Source: Pedosphaera sp. | Lineage (GTDB): Bacteria; Verrucomicrobiota; Verrucomicrobiia; Limisphaerales; SIBH01 | DNA length: 64,000 bases | Assembly (NCBI GenBank): GCA_031414955.1 | Contig: JANOQV010000184.1 | Coordinates: 126,105 to 190,104 of the forward strand | Direction of reading: 5' to 3' | Part shown: positions 55,022 to 64,000 of the stretch, piece by piece | Numbering within the stretch: position 1 is the first letter of the stretch | Layout: the number at the start of each line of letters is the position of its first letter | The notes under the pieces: generated by a model | What the model was told of the DNA's origin: nothing | What the model saw: the letters and a program-made list of their open reading frames with translations, nothing else | Databases searched by the model: none | Translations under genes and position numbers: made by a program

Positions 55022-57346
55022 CTATTCGTAGAGAAATTCCTGCTGGCGCAACAGATACGTCACCACGCCGCGCCAGGCGCGGACGGTGTATTTGGGATCG
55101 GCGAATGATTCTCCGGACACGCCCCGACGACAGGCGTAAGCCTCCTGCTTGTCCACCCCCTTGCGCCCGGTGGCGTCGCTGACGATGCCCGCGAAGAGTT
55201 GGAAGCTGCGCTCCACCTCCGGTGAGTTCGTCGCGTCGTCACGGCCCAGCACGCGCTGATGCAGATGAACAATCGTCCGGCGAATCTTTGCGTCCGCTTC
55301 GGCAGTGCCCGGAACCACATCCGGCTCGATGTCCGGGAACAGTTTGCGCTCGGTCGGTGCGCGGCTGAAGTCGAGCGCGGTCTGCTTGCACGCCACGTCA
55401 TTCGCGAGGATGCGCTGAATCGCCCCCATCGCCCCGCTCGGGTCGGACGCGCGCTCCGTGACTTCCTTCGAGTCAATGCCGCCGTAGAGCATCGCCATCT
55501 GTTCGTTCAACTTGCCCCACGGCTTGCCGAAGACCGCACCCACCTTCCGCTCGACCTGCTCGGGCGCGAGCATTCGCACCAGACCGATGTCATCCAGTTC
55601 CGCGCGGCGCTGCGGATTCGCCGCCGCCGCCGCCAGTCCGTCCGCGCGGTAGAAGTCGGACAAGACCCAGTCCTTGAGCACGCTCTTGAAGTTGAACCCC
55701 GTCTGCGCAAAGCGGGTCGCGATGCCTTCGATTTGTTTCCGCTGCGCCTGATACGCGCGGCGCTGGGCGGCGTAAAGCGGGTCTTCGAGTTCCTTCGGCG
55801 GCAGCAGCGCCTTGCGCCCGGTGAGGATGTAATAGGCGTGCTCGACCATCGCGACGGCGAAGCGCGGATCCTTCGCGGTGCGTTCGCCAAGCCATTGCAA
55901 CGCGCGCCAGCGTTCCTCGCCCGGCAAATCCTCGCCCTCGAAACCGGGGCCGAACATATCCTTGAACCAGCCTCCCTTGCGATGCCCGTAAACGCCCTCG
56001 AATTTCCAGTAGTCCTGAAACAGCCCGGCCACCGGATCAATCGTCTTGTGGCACACGACGCACTCGGAAGCCTGCATGGTGGGATTCTCGAACTTCGCCG
56101 AGACGGCGGCGGCGTCCGACACGCGCGCGGCCAGTTCCAGCACATCAATGCCGAGGAAGTGCAGAAAATAAACCCGGGCGCGCTGACGGTTCCGGTTCGT
56201 CTCCGTGGTTGGGTAGCGCTTCAGATATTGGAAGACGCTCAACATCCCGGCGTGCGGATAGAAGCCCGTCCCCGAGTCCTGATGGTCCACCTTGTCCCGC
56301 CCGATGAGCGCCTTGAGCTTCACGGGAATGTATTCTAAAGGGTCGTCCGAGTTCTGGAACTTGGATTCCAACTCCTCGTAGATGCCGTAGCCCCGCGCCG
56401 TGTAGGGCGTGACCATGATGTAATCCGCAGTGACGATTTCGGTGAACGATCGGTCGTGGCGCACGATGTATTCGATGAGCTTCATCGGCTCGCCGAGCAT
56501 GGCCTTGCGGTAATCCCCGGAGAGCCTGTAACCAGCCTGACGCCGTTCCTTCTCGTCGGCGATGTGGCTCAAGTCGTATTTCTCCGTCCAACCGCGCGTC
56601 TTGCTGAAATGCTCGTAGGAAAGCGCGTTCTCCGGTACATCGTCGTAGCCGACCGTGAGGAAGATGTCGTTGAACCCCTCGCGCAGCCGGTCGTAAAAAG
56701 CCTCCTCCTTCATCACTCCGTCGAGGATGGCCGCCAGCGCCTTCACCCCCTCTCGGCCCACGGCAGCCAGTTCGCCCTCCGTCGGGAGCCGCCCGGCCAG
56801 CGAGAGCGTGACGCGCCGGAGCAGCTTGCGCTCCTCCAGCATCACGATGCCGTCGAAGAACGGCGGCGCGTTCTTGTCCGGCAGCATCGCGCTCGCCAGC
56901 AACAAGTTCGGCGACGCATTCGCGCGGCGGACGAAATCCGTCAGCACGCGATAGCCGGCCGAGTCCGGCTTGAGCACTTCCTCGCCGCCGTGCTTGAGCT
57001 GGCCGACGACTTTCAACAGCAACCGGGATTGCTCGCCTTCCTTCCACCGCGCCATCTGGGTGAAGGCACCGAGATTGTGTCGCAGGTCATCGGCTTGGGC
57101 CTGCCCCTGGCTCCGCTTCGGATCACGCAGCACGAACTTGCTCTCCTCGGCGTCACCGCCGGCCTTGTGGCACTTCAGGCAGGACAACGCGCCGACCTTG
57201 GCCCAGACCTCGTCGGTGAAGAATACATCCACCACCGCCGCGCATCCGGCCCCGTTGTAGGGCTTCAACTCCGCGCCCCGCCCGACGACGGCGAGCAGCA
57301 CCATCGCCACGAGCGCGGATGAAACGGAGCGAAGGCCGAAAGTCAT
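55022..57346 (-). CDS. Exported CxxCH-containing partner of DUF1501 (DUF1592/DUF1588-like)
   Basis: Signal peptide, CLKCH...HGG, LRR.TLSLAGRLPT, TADY, HAG.LS, NRNR.RAR, CVVCH..IDP. Confidence 0.75.
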   Translation of the reverse strand: MTFGLRSVSSALVAMVLLAVVGRGAELKPYNGAGCAAVVDVFFTDEVWAKVGALSCLKCHKAGGDAEESKFVLRDPKRSQGQAQADDLRHNLGAFTQMARWKEGEQSRLLLKVVGQLKHGGEEVLKPDSAGYRVLTDFVRRANASPNLLLASAMLPDKNAPPFFDGIVMLEERKLLRRVTLSLAGRLPTEGELAAVGREGVKALAAILDGVMKEEAFYDRLREGFNDIFLTVGYDDVPENALSYEHFSKTRGWTEKYDLSHIADEKERRQAGYRLSGDYRKAMLGEPMKLIEYIVRHDRSFTEIVTADYIMVTPYTARGYGIYEELESKFQNSDDPLEYIPVKLKALIGRDKVDHQDSGTGFYPHAGMLSVFQYLKRYPTTETNRNRQRARVYFLHFLGIDVLELAARVSDAAAVSAKFENPTMQASECVVCHKTIDPVAGLFQDYWKFEGVYGHRKGGWFKDMFGPGFEGEDLPGEERWRALQWLGERTAKDPRFAVAMVEHAYYILTGRKALLPPKELEDPLYAAQRRAYQAQRKQIEGIATRFAQTGFNFKSVLKDWVLSDFYRADGLAAAAANPQRRAELDDIGLVRMLAPEQVERKVGAVFGKPWGKLNEQMAMLYGGIDSKEVTERASDPSGAMGAIQRILANDVACKQTALDFSRAPTERKLFPDIEPDVVPGTAEADAKIRRTIVHLHQRVLGRDDATNSPEVERSFQLFAGIVSDATGRKGVDKQEAYACRRGVSGESFADPKYTVRAWRGVVTYLLRQQEFLYE

Positions 57347-57586
57347 GACTGGCGTTTTGGACGCGGGCCGATTCCATCCCATCGAAAATTCTTCCATTCG
57401 TGCAGCCCTCCTCGCACGCGGCAGGACATCAGCATGAGATGGTGCCAATTGTCGCCGCAATGCCTCAGCCGCAATTTGATGCTATTGCCAATGTTGGTGT
57501 GCTTCCTGGACCGAAGGTTTTGAGCTATGACTTGCCGCCGAAGTGCTGTTACAAACCAACCATCCCGGAATGACCGACGCGTCCTG

Positions 57587-60500
57587 ATGAACCAACGGAA
57601 ACTATTTTTGTGCGCAGCCCTTGGCGTCGCGCTGGTGCTGTTCGTGGTCTGGCGTGAAGGGGGATCCAAGCCCGCGCGCCAGCCGGGGGAGCCTGCCATC
57701 TCCATCCAGTCCGAGAATGATACAACTCGGGCGGGGTCGGAGCCAGCGATGGCATCGCCCGTGGCACGCCGGCTGGAGCCTTTGGCGGCGGCGGTATCCT
57801 TGGGAGGTTGGGCGGTCAGGTATGCAGCGGCTTCGGTGGCAGAACAGGCCGCGCTGGAAGCCGAAGGCGTCTTGCTGGCCAAGGCCCGGCTCACCGCGCT
57901 CGCTGACCTCGTGCAGTCCGACCCGCAGCGGGCCTTGGCGAATGAACTTCCCCACTTGATGCGCCGTGCGTTCCCGGCGTCGGTCCGGGAGTTCATCGAG
58001 GAACGGGTCAGCATGCGTGTGGATTACGACGTGGCCGGGTTGGTGCCACTGCCGGGGCGGGAGAATGAAATCACGCCCGTGATTCGCTCGATCACGCGGG
58101 ATCGGGAGATCTATCAAGTGTTCACCTTTGGTGAGGGTTTGAACTCCGGTTCGCGCACGAATTTCCCCGTGAGCGGAATTGCCGTGCCAGCGAGTTTCGC
58201 GACCACGCAGCCGAAGAATCCGCTCTTCCAACCAGCGAAGCTGATGGCCTTGCGGCCGAATCCAGCGCGCGTACTCGAAGCGGACGAAGCGCGTGAAGTC
58301 CTGTTCGCCCGCAGCGACGCGGTCTGCGGCAGCTCGGGCTTGAACATCGCGGCCAAGAATTCTCCCGCCGCCGTGGAACTGGGCGGCGAACTGCTGCCGT
58401 TCTGCGCGCCGTCGCACGCGGTGGCCTTCGCCGGCACCAACGCGGTCTCGGCCGACGCAGTTGTCGCCTACGCCTACAACGCCATCGGCACCAAGCGATA
58501 CCTATTCATGCGGGTGAAGTTCACCGATGGCAGCTTCACCATTTCCAGCAACGCCGCCGTCACGCTGCTGAACAATCTCTCGAACTTTTTTGCCACCATG
58601 TCTTACGGCAAGCTGCTGGTGTCTCCGTTGTCGGGCAGTCCGGCGAGTGGATCGGCGATCACGCCTGAGCTGCTGCTCAATCACCCGGCCAGCTATTACG
58701 ACAACGCCGGTCTCTCGAAACTTTACCCCGACGCACTGACCGCCGCCGCCGCCGCGGGCTACACCACGGCCAATTACCAATTCGCCGCCGTGTTCACCTC
58801 GGGCCAGCCGGCGGCGGGCTACGCCGGGGTGGCCTACGTGGGGGCGCGCGGCACTCACATCGCCAACGGCTACTTCAGCGAGAAGGTGGTGGCGCACGAG
58901 TTGGGCCACAACAAGGGGCTCTACCACGCGCATTATTGGGACACGAGCGACGCCTCGGTCATCGGCTCCGGCACCAGCGTGGAGTACGGCGGACCCTACG
59001 ATGTCATGGGTTCGGGCAACTACTCGGCGGGCCATTACTCGGCGGGTCACAAGTATGTGCTGGGCTGGATCACCGGCTCGATGGCGCCACTCGCGCCGAG
59101 CGGCACGACGACCTACCGCGTTTACACCCACGATCAGCAGAGCGTGAACAACCTTGTCAGCACGGTGCGGGCGTCGCGCAGCGGCAAGGATTATTTCGTC
59201 GAGTACCGCTCGCGCTACACCGGCGATGACACGCGCAACGGGGTGCTGCCGCACTGGTGCGACGACGGCGGGAACAACGCCACGACGCTCGACGCGCGAC
59301 CCGGCGAGGCGGGCGACGCGCTCTACATCGGGCGAACTTTCTCCGACACCAGCGCGGGGGTTCACATCACGCCGGTCGCGCGCGGCAATGTATCGCCGGA
59401 TTACATGGACGTGGTTGTGACCGTGGGCAACGCCTCGTCGAACAAGGCGCCCGTGGTGATCGTGAGCGCGGATGACACCACGGCGACAACGGGGCAGACG
59501 GTGAATTTCTCCGCCGAAGCCTTCGATCAGAACAACGATGCGCTGGCCTACTACTGGGAATTCGGCGACGGCGCGCACACCACGTCGAATGATCCGGACG
59601 TGGCGCACAGCTTCAGTACGGCAGGCGAGTACGCCGTGCAATGCACCGCCAGCGACATGAAAGGCGGCACGGCGCGCGACACGGTGATCGTGCGGGTCGG
59701 CTCGCCGAGTGTCTTCCGCATCAGCGGCCGCGTGCTCGATCAGAACAGCCAGCCCGTGCGCGGGATCAAGGTCAGCGCGGGCACGAAGTTCGCCTACGCG
59801 GACAGCGACGGCACCTACGCCGTCGTGGGATTGGCGGCGGGCAGTTACACCGTGAGCTGTGCGGAACTGGTCAGCGCCAACACCAGCTTCTCCAAGCCGT
59901 TCTTTGCCAACCCCGTCGCGGTCGGTCCGAATTTCTCCGGGGCGGATTTCCTCACCGGCAACGGCCCGGCGGTGGTCTATGCGACGGTCATCAACACCAA
60001 CGCGACCTGGAAGTATCTCGACAACGGCAGCGACCAGGGCGCGGCCTGGCGCAGCAACAGTTTCAGCGACGCCGCGTGGGCCAGCGGCGCCGGCATCTTC
60101 GGTTACGGGCAGAGCAACGAGACGACCGTGCTGAACTACGGTGGTGACCCCGCCAACAAGTTCATCACGTATTACTTCCGCAAGTCGTTCACGCTCGCCA
60201 ACCCGACCAACAACGCGAGCTACACGTTGAGCATCCTGCGTGACGACGGTTTCGTGGCCTACCTGAACGGCGTGGAGATCTGGCGCGACAACATGCCGAC
60301 TGGCGCGGTGACGTCGGCGACGCTGGCCACGGATCAGGTCGAGCCGGATTCGTATCGGAACCTGACGCTCGCACCGTCGCAGTTCCTCGCGGGCGCGAAC
60401 TTGCTGGCGGTCGAGATGCACCAGGTCGTGGGCAGCAGCTCGGATTTGAACTTCGATCTCTCCTTGAGTGGGTTGAGCGCGGTCAGCGCCACCGGGCAGA

Positions 60501-63136
60501 AGATGGTTTATCTCACCACGCCCGGCGATTGGTTCACCACGCCTGGTCCGACGAACATCAATCTTGCCGCCACCGCGCTGGCCGAGGGCGGCGACGCGAC
60601 GCGACTTCAGTTCTACGCCAACAACGTAAAGATCGGCGAGGACACGAATGCGCCGTTCACCTTCACCTGGACGAACGCCGCCGTCGGCACCAACTCGCTC
60701 AAGGCCATCGCCACCTTCGACACGGGTGTGAACGCGACCTCCGCGCCGGTCACGCTGGTCGTCACGCCGCTGCCCTATAACCTCACGCTGATCAGCACCG
60801 GCGCGGTCTGGCGTTACTACGCCAGCAACGCTGCGCCCGTCGGCGCTTGGACGGCGCTGAATTTCAGTGATGCTGCGTGGCCCAGCGGCCCGGCCGAACT
60901 TGGCTACGGCGATGGCGACGAGGCCACGGTCATTCCCTCCGGGCCAACGAACAATTTCTGGATCGCGAGCCACTATCGCCGCGCGTTTCACGTCCGCGAC
61001 TCCTACTCCGTGACCAATCTTTCGCTTTCGCTGAAGCGCGACGACGGCGCGGTGGTTTATCTCAATGGCACGGAGATCATCCGCGATGGCCTGCCCTCGG
61101 GTGCGATCAGCTACGTGACTCAGGCGACGAATGCGGTGAGCGGCACCGCCGAAGACGACTTCCTCGACTTCAACGCCAGCCCGGCGCTGCTCCTTCCCGG
61201 CACGAACGTCCTCGCGGTGGAGATTCACCAGGTCACCAACACGAGCAGCGACGTGAGCTTTGACCTGAGCGCAAGCGCGCTGGCCTCGACGAACCGCCCG
61301 CGCGGCATCTGGCTCACGTCGCCGGCCGCGGGCGCGAGTTACACGCTCCCAGCCACGGTGCCGTTCACGGTGCAACTCGTCCTGGCGAGCAATGTCGGCG
61401 TGAGCAAGGTCGAGTTTTACGCGGCCACGACCAAGGTCGGTGAGGCCACGAATTATCCCTACTCGTTCAACTGGGCCGCAGTTTCCTCGGGCACCTTCGC
61501 CCTGACCGCCGTGCTGCGCGAAACGGGCGGCGGCAGCGCGACCAGCGCGCCGGTGAGCATCACGTTGCGCGCGCCCGCGCCGGAAGTCTCGCTGGTGAGC
61601 TTCGGCGAGCTCTGGCGCTACCTCGACAACGGCGGCGGGCCGGCGACGAACTGGACGAGCGTGACGAACTTCGATGACAGCGTGTGGAACTTGGGCGCGG
61701 CGAAGTTCGGCTACGGCGGCGACGGCGAGAACACGGTCATCAGCTACGGTCCCAACTCCAGCGCCAAGTTCACCACCACCTGGTTCCGGAAAACATTCAC
61801 CGTGGCGAACCCGGCGGTCTTCAACGCGCTCAAGCTCCGGGTGGTGCGCGATGACGGCGCGGCGGTGTATCTCAACGGCACGGAAATCTGGCGCGACAAT
61901 CTGCCGGCGGGCACCCTGGTCTCGAACACTTTTGCCCTCACCGCCATCGGCACGACGAACGAGTACATCCCGGTCGAGGCCGTGGTAACTAATCTGTTGC
62001 GCGCCGGGACGAACACGCTGGCGGTGGAGCTGCACCAAGCCAGCCTGACGAGCAGCGACCTGGGATTCGATTTGTCCTTGGCCGGACTGCTGACCACGAA
62101 CCTGTCGCAGGGCATCTTTTTTACCAGCCCGGCGCAGGGTGAACACTTCACTAACGGCGGGATTATCGCGCTTGCTTCATTCGCGCAGGCCACCAGCGCG
62201 GTCACGCTGGTCGAGTACTTTGCGGACGGCACCAACGTCACCCAAGCCACCGCGCTGCCTTATACCGCGATTTGGTCCAATACCACGCCCGGCGCGCACG
62301 CGCTGACCGCGCGGGCCACGCTGGCCAACAGCATCGTCCTGACCTCGGCGCCGTTGCATCTCGTGGTCGGGCCGCCCGCTTTCGCCAGCGTGCTTGCGTC
62401 GGCGAACGGAGACTGGCGGTACCACGACGAGGGGCTTGATCTTGGCACCGTGTGGAATGGCTTCGGCTTCGACGACTCAGCGTGGGATGTCGGTCCGGCC
62501 AAACTTGGCTTCGGCGACGCAGACATCGTGACTGTGCTGGCCAGCAACCGCGCCGACCTCTCGCGCATCATCACCTACTATTTCCGCCGCGACGTATCCG
62601 TGCCGGCCCACGCTGTGGTCACCAACCTCGCGCTCCGCCTCCAGCGCGACGACGGCGTGATCCTTTACCTGAATGGTCTCGAGGCCTGGCGCGACACGAA
62701 TATGCCCGCCGGCTTGGTGAGTGCGAACACGCAGGCGCTGGTCGCGATTTCCGGCGCGGGCGAAACGGCGTGGCTCACCGGCTCCGTGGATCCGGCGCTC
62801 TTGCAGCCGAACCAGAACCTGCTCGCGGTGGAGTTGCACCAGAGCGGCACCAACAGCAGCGACCTCGGCCTCGCGCTCGAACTCATCGCCTTCGGTTACA
62901 TCGACCACAACCCGCCGCCCGCGCCCCCGCTGGTCAGCTTCACGCTCGGAGCTGGCGGGACGTTGAACCTGAGTTTTGCCGAGACGGATGGGCGTGTCTT
63001 CGTGGTCGAGTCTTCGAGTGATTTGCAAAACTGGTTCCCGGTCGCGACCAACACCGTCAGCGGGGGGTTGTTCCAGTTCGTCGCCAATCCAGCCCTGGAT
63101 CCAAAGAAGTTCTTCCGCATTTTGTGGCGACGGTGA
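57587..63136 (+). CDS. Large secreted zinc metalloprotease with PKD, Ig-like and four repeated beta-sandwich modules
   Basis: HELGHNKGLYH plus YD.MG Met-turn; PKD (Y.WEFGDG); 4x W[KR]Y...W..G...G[YF]G...RDDG..[VL]YLNG.E...LAVE.HQ; C-terminal VESSSDLQNW...FFRI. Confidence 0.85.
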   Translation: MNQRKLFLCAALGVALVLFVVWREGGSKPARQPGEPAISIQSENDTTRAGSEPAMASPVARRLEPLAAAVSLGGWAVRYAAASVAEQAALEAEGVLLAKARLTALADLVQSDPQRALANELPHLMRRAFPASVREFIEERVSMRVDYDVAGLVPLPGRENEITPVIRSITRDREIYQVFTFGEGLNSGSRTNFPVSGIAVPASFATTQPKNPLFQPAKLMALRPNPARVLEADEAREVLFARSDAVCGSSGLNIAAKNSPAAVELGGELLPFCAPSHAVAFAGTNAVSADAVVAYAYNAIGTKRYLFMRVKFTDGSFTISSNAAVTLLNNLSNFFATMSYGKLLVSPLSGSPASGSAITPELLLNHPASYYDNAGLSKLYPDALTAAAAAGYTTANYQFAAVFTSGQPAAGYAGVAYVGARGTHIANGYFSEKVVAHELGHNKGLYHAHYWDTSDASVIGSGTSVEYGGPYDVMGSGNYSAGHYSAGHKYVLGWITGSMAPLAPSGTTTYRVYTHDQQSVNNLVSTVRASRSGKDYFVEYRSRYTGDDTRNGVLPHWCDDGGNNATTLDARPGEAGDALYIGRTFSDTSAGVHITPVARGNVSPDYMDVVVTVGNASSNKAPVVIVSADDTTATTGQTVNFSAEAFDQNNDALAYYWEFGDGAHTTSNDPDVAHSFSTAGEYAVQCTASDMKGGTARDTVIVRVGSPSVFRISGRVLDQNSQPVRGIKVSAGTKFAYADSDGTYAVVGLAAGSYTVSCAELVSANTSFSKPFFANPVAVGPNFSGADFLTGNGPAVVYATVINTNATWKYLDNGSDQGAAWRSNSFSDAAWASGAGIFGYGQSNETTVLNYGGDPANKFITYYFRKSFTLANPTNNASYTLSILRDDGFVAYLNGVEIWRDNMPTGAVTSATLATDQVEPDSYRNLTLAPSQFLAGANLLAVEMHQVVGSSSDLNFDLSLSGLSAVSATGQKMVYLTTPGDWFTTPGPTNINLAATALAEGGDATRLQFYANNVKIGEDTNAPFTFTWTNAAVGTNSLKAIATFDTGVNATSAPVTLVVTPLPYNLTLISTGAVWRYYASNAAPVGAWTALNFSDAAWPSGPAELGYGDGDEATVIPSGPTNNFWIASHYRRAFHVRDSYSVTNLSLSLKRDDGAVVYLNGTEIIRDGLPSGAISYVTQATNAVSGTAEDDFLDFNASPALLLPGTNVLAVEIHQVTNTSSDVSFDLSASALASTNRPRGIWLTSPAAGASYTLPATVPFTVQLVLASNVGVSKVEFYAATTKVGEATNYPYSFNWAAVSSGTFALTAVLRETGGGSATSAPVSITLRAPAPEVSLVSFGELWRYLDNGGGPATNWTSVTNFDDSVWNLGAAKFGYGGDGENTVISYGPNSSAKFTTTWFRKTFTVANPAVFNALKLRVVRDDGAAVYLNGTEIWRDNLPAGTLVSNTFALTAIGTTNEYIPVEAVVTNLLRAGTNTLAVELHQASLTSSDLGFDLSLAGLLTTNLSQGIFFTSPAQGEHFTNGGIIALASFAQATSAVTLVEYFADGTNVTQATALPYTAIWSNTTPGAHALTARATLANSIVLTSAPLHLVVGPPAFASVLASANGDWRYHDEGLDLGTVWNGFGFDDSAWDVGPAKLGFGDADIVTVLASNRADLSRIITYYFRRDVSVPAHAVVTNLALRLQRDDGVILYLNGLEAWRDTNMPAGLVSANTQALVAISGAGETAWLTGSVDPALLQPNQNLLAVELHQSGTNSSDLGLALELIAFGYIDHNPPPAPPLVSFTLGAGGTLNLSFAETDGRVFVVESSSDLQNWFPVATNTVSGGLFQFVANPALDPKKFFRILWRR

Positions 63137-63203
63137 TGCTGGACCGGGAAGGCTGAATTTCTCCAGTTGACCCAGCGCAGTCCTGGCCGCCGAATGGGCG
63201 GAC

Positions 63204-63830
63204 ATGAAGTATCGCCTGGTCATCTTCGACTCCGACGGCACGCTGGCGGACACCCTCCCGTGGATGCGCACCGTCTTCAATGACCTCGCGACAGAGCATG
63301 GTTTCAAGAGCGTCGAAGCCGGGGATTACGAAAAGCATCGCGATTTGCACGGGCGGGAAATGCTCCGGGCGCTGGGCCTGCCGCTCTGGAAACTGCCCTT
63401 CGTGGTGCGGGACATGCGCCGTCGGATGGCAGCGCATCCGGGCAATTTCCATCTCTTCCCCGGCCTCGGCGAAGCGTTGCGGCGACTCTCCGCTGGCGGA
63501 GTAAAACTCGCGGTGGTGAGTTCCAATTCCCGAGCCAATGTGGAGCGCGTGCTCGGCCCGCAACACACCGCGCTCCTGACGGCGCTGTCCTGCGACGTCT
63601 CCATGTTTGGGAAGACGGCGCGGCTGCGGGCCGTGGTGCGGGCGAGCGGGATTCCCCGATCGGCGGCCATCTATGTCGGGGATGAAATCCGGGACGCAGA
63701 GGCAGCGCGCCGAGCCGGGTTGGCCTTCGGCGCGGTGGCCTGGGGCCAGCACAGCGGGCCGGCTTTGCGCGCGCAGCAGCCGGAGGAGTTCTTTGAGACG
63801 GTCGAGGATCTGGTCGCGAAACTGTCTTGA
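63204..63830 (+). CDS. HAD-superfamily hydrolase (phosphoglycolate phosphatase-like)
   Basis: FDSDGTLADT, VVSSN, FGK, YVGDE.RD, V.WG. Confidence 0.92.
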   Translation: MKYRLVIFDSDGTLADTLPWMRTVFNDLATEHGFKSVEAGDYEKHRDLHGREMLRALGLPLWKLPFVVRDMRRRMAAHPGNFHLFPGLGEALRRLSAGGVKLAVVSSNSRANVERVLGPQHTALLTALSCDVSMFGKTARLRAVVRASGIPRSAAIYVGDEIRDAEAARRAGLAFGAVAWGQHSGPALRAQQPEEFFETVEDLVAKLS

Positions 63831-63877
63831 TCCGCGTGGGCCGTCTCCAGAACGGGGCCGTAACTTCACCCTGTCTA

Positions 63878-64000
63878 GAGCCGGTCTGAAAATTCGGCCC
63901 CGGAGTGCGCCCGTCCTCGGGCGCAGCAAGGCGCGAACAGCAGCGGGTATGGGTTTTTCAACACGCTCCAAGTCTTCACGTTGCTGCGCCCGAGGACGGG
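63878..64000. mobile_element. Second copy of the MITE/REP class D composite (truncated by window end)
   Basis: GAGCCGGTCTGAAAA at 63878, then GGAGTGCGCCCGTCCTCGGGCGCAGCA ... TTGCTGCGCCCGAGGACGGG. Confidence 0.8.

Noticed and set aside
57431..57448. Minus-strand TGGCAC...TGCT as a sigma54 promoter for the DUF1501 pair
   Set aside because: GG-to-GC spacing is 11 nt, not the required 10.

Overview
High-GC bacterial DNA, most likely Verrucomicrobiota/PVC. This is inferred from the DUF5069, DUF1501 and TIGR02999-type ECF genes, an rpsP-KH-trmD-rplS operon without rimM, and a Verrucomicrobia-style C-terminal motif. In order, the window holds: (1) an ExeA/GspB-like pair, lnt and a CHASE-PAS hybrid kinase; (2) a MoxR-DUF58-vWA (Bat-like) operon whose gene junctions are filled with a RAYT transposase, REP doublets, a low-GC foreign gene, a duplicated DUF58 5' end and heptamer-repeat hairpins; (3) an SDR and an orphan ECF sigma; (4) a GT2/GtrA/GT-C glycosylation cluster; (5) an octaheme cytochrome c with a membrane partner, then HupE/UreJ; (6) a sigma54-type nitrite/nitrate assimilation cluster; (7) an uncharacterised five-gene patatin operon, HNH and a DUF6799-like gene; (8) the S16 operon; (9) a DUF1501 pair, a 1.85-kaa secreted metalloprotease and a HAD hydrolase. 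The most striking unexplained structure is in the MoxR operon. Its insertion hairpins are traversed by mini-ORFs that start in a GTGA overlap with the upstream stop and end in an ATGA overlap with the downstream start, or fuse in-frame, so they appear to preserve translational coupling. No rRNA, tRNA or CRISPR array was seen. All family calls come from motif recognition, not database searches.
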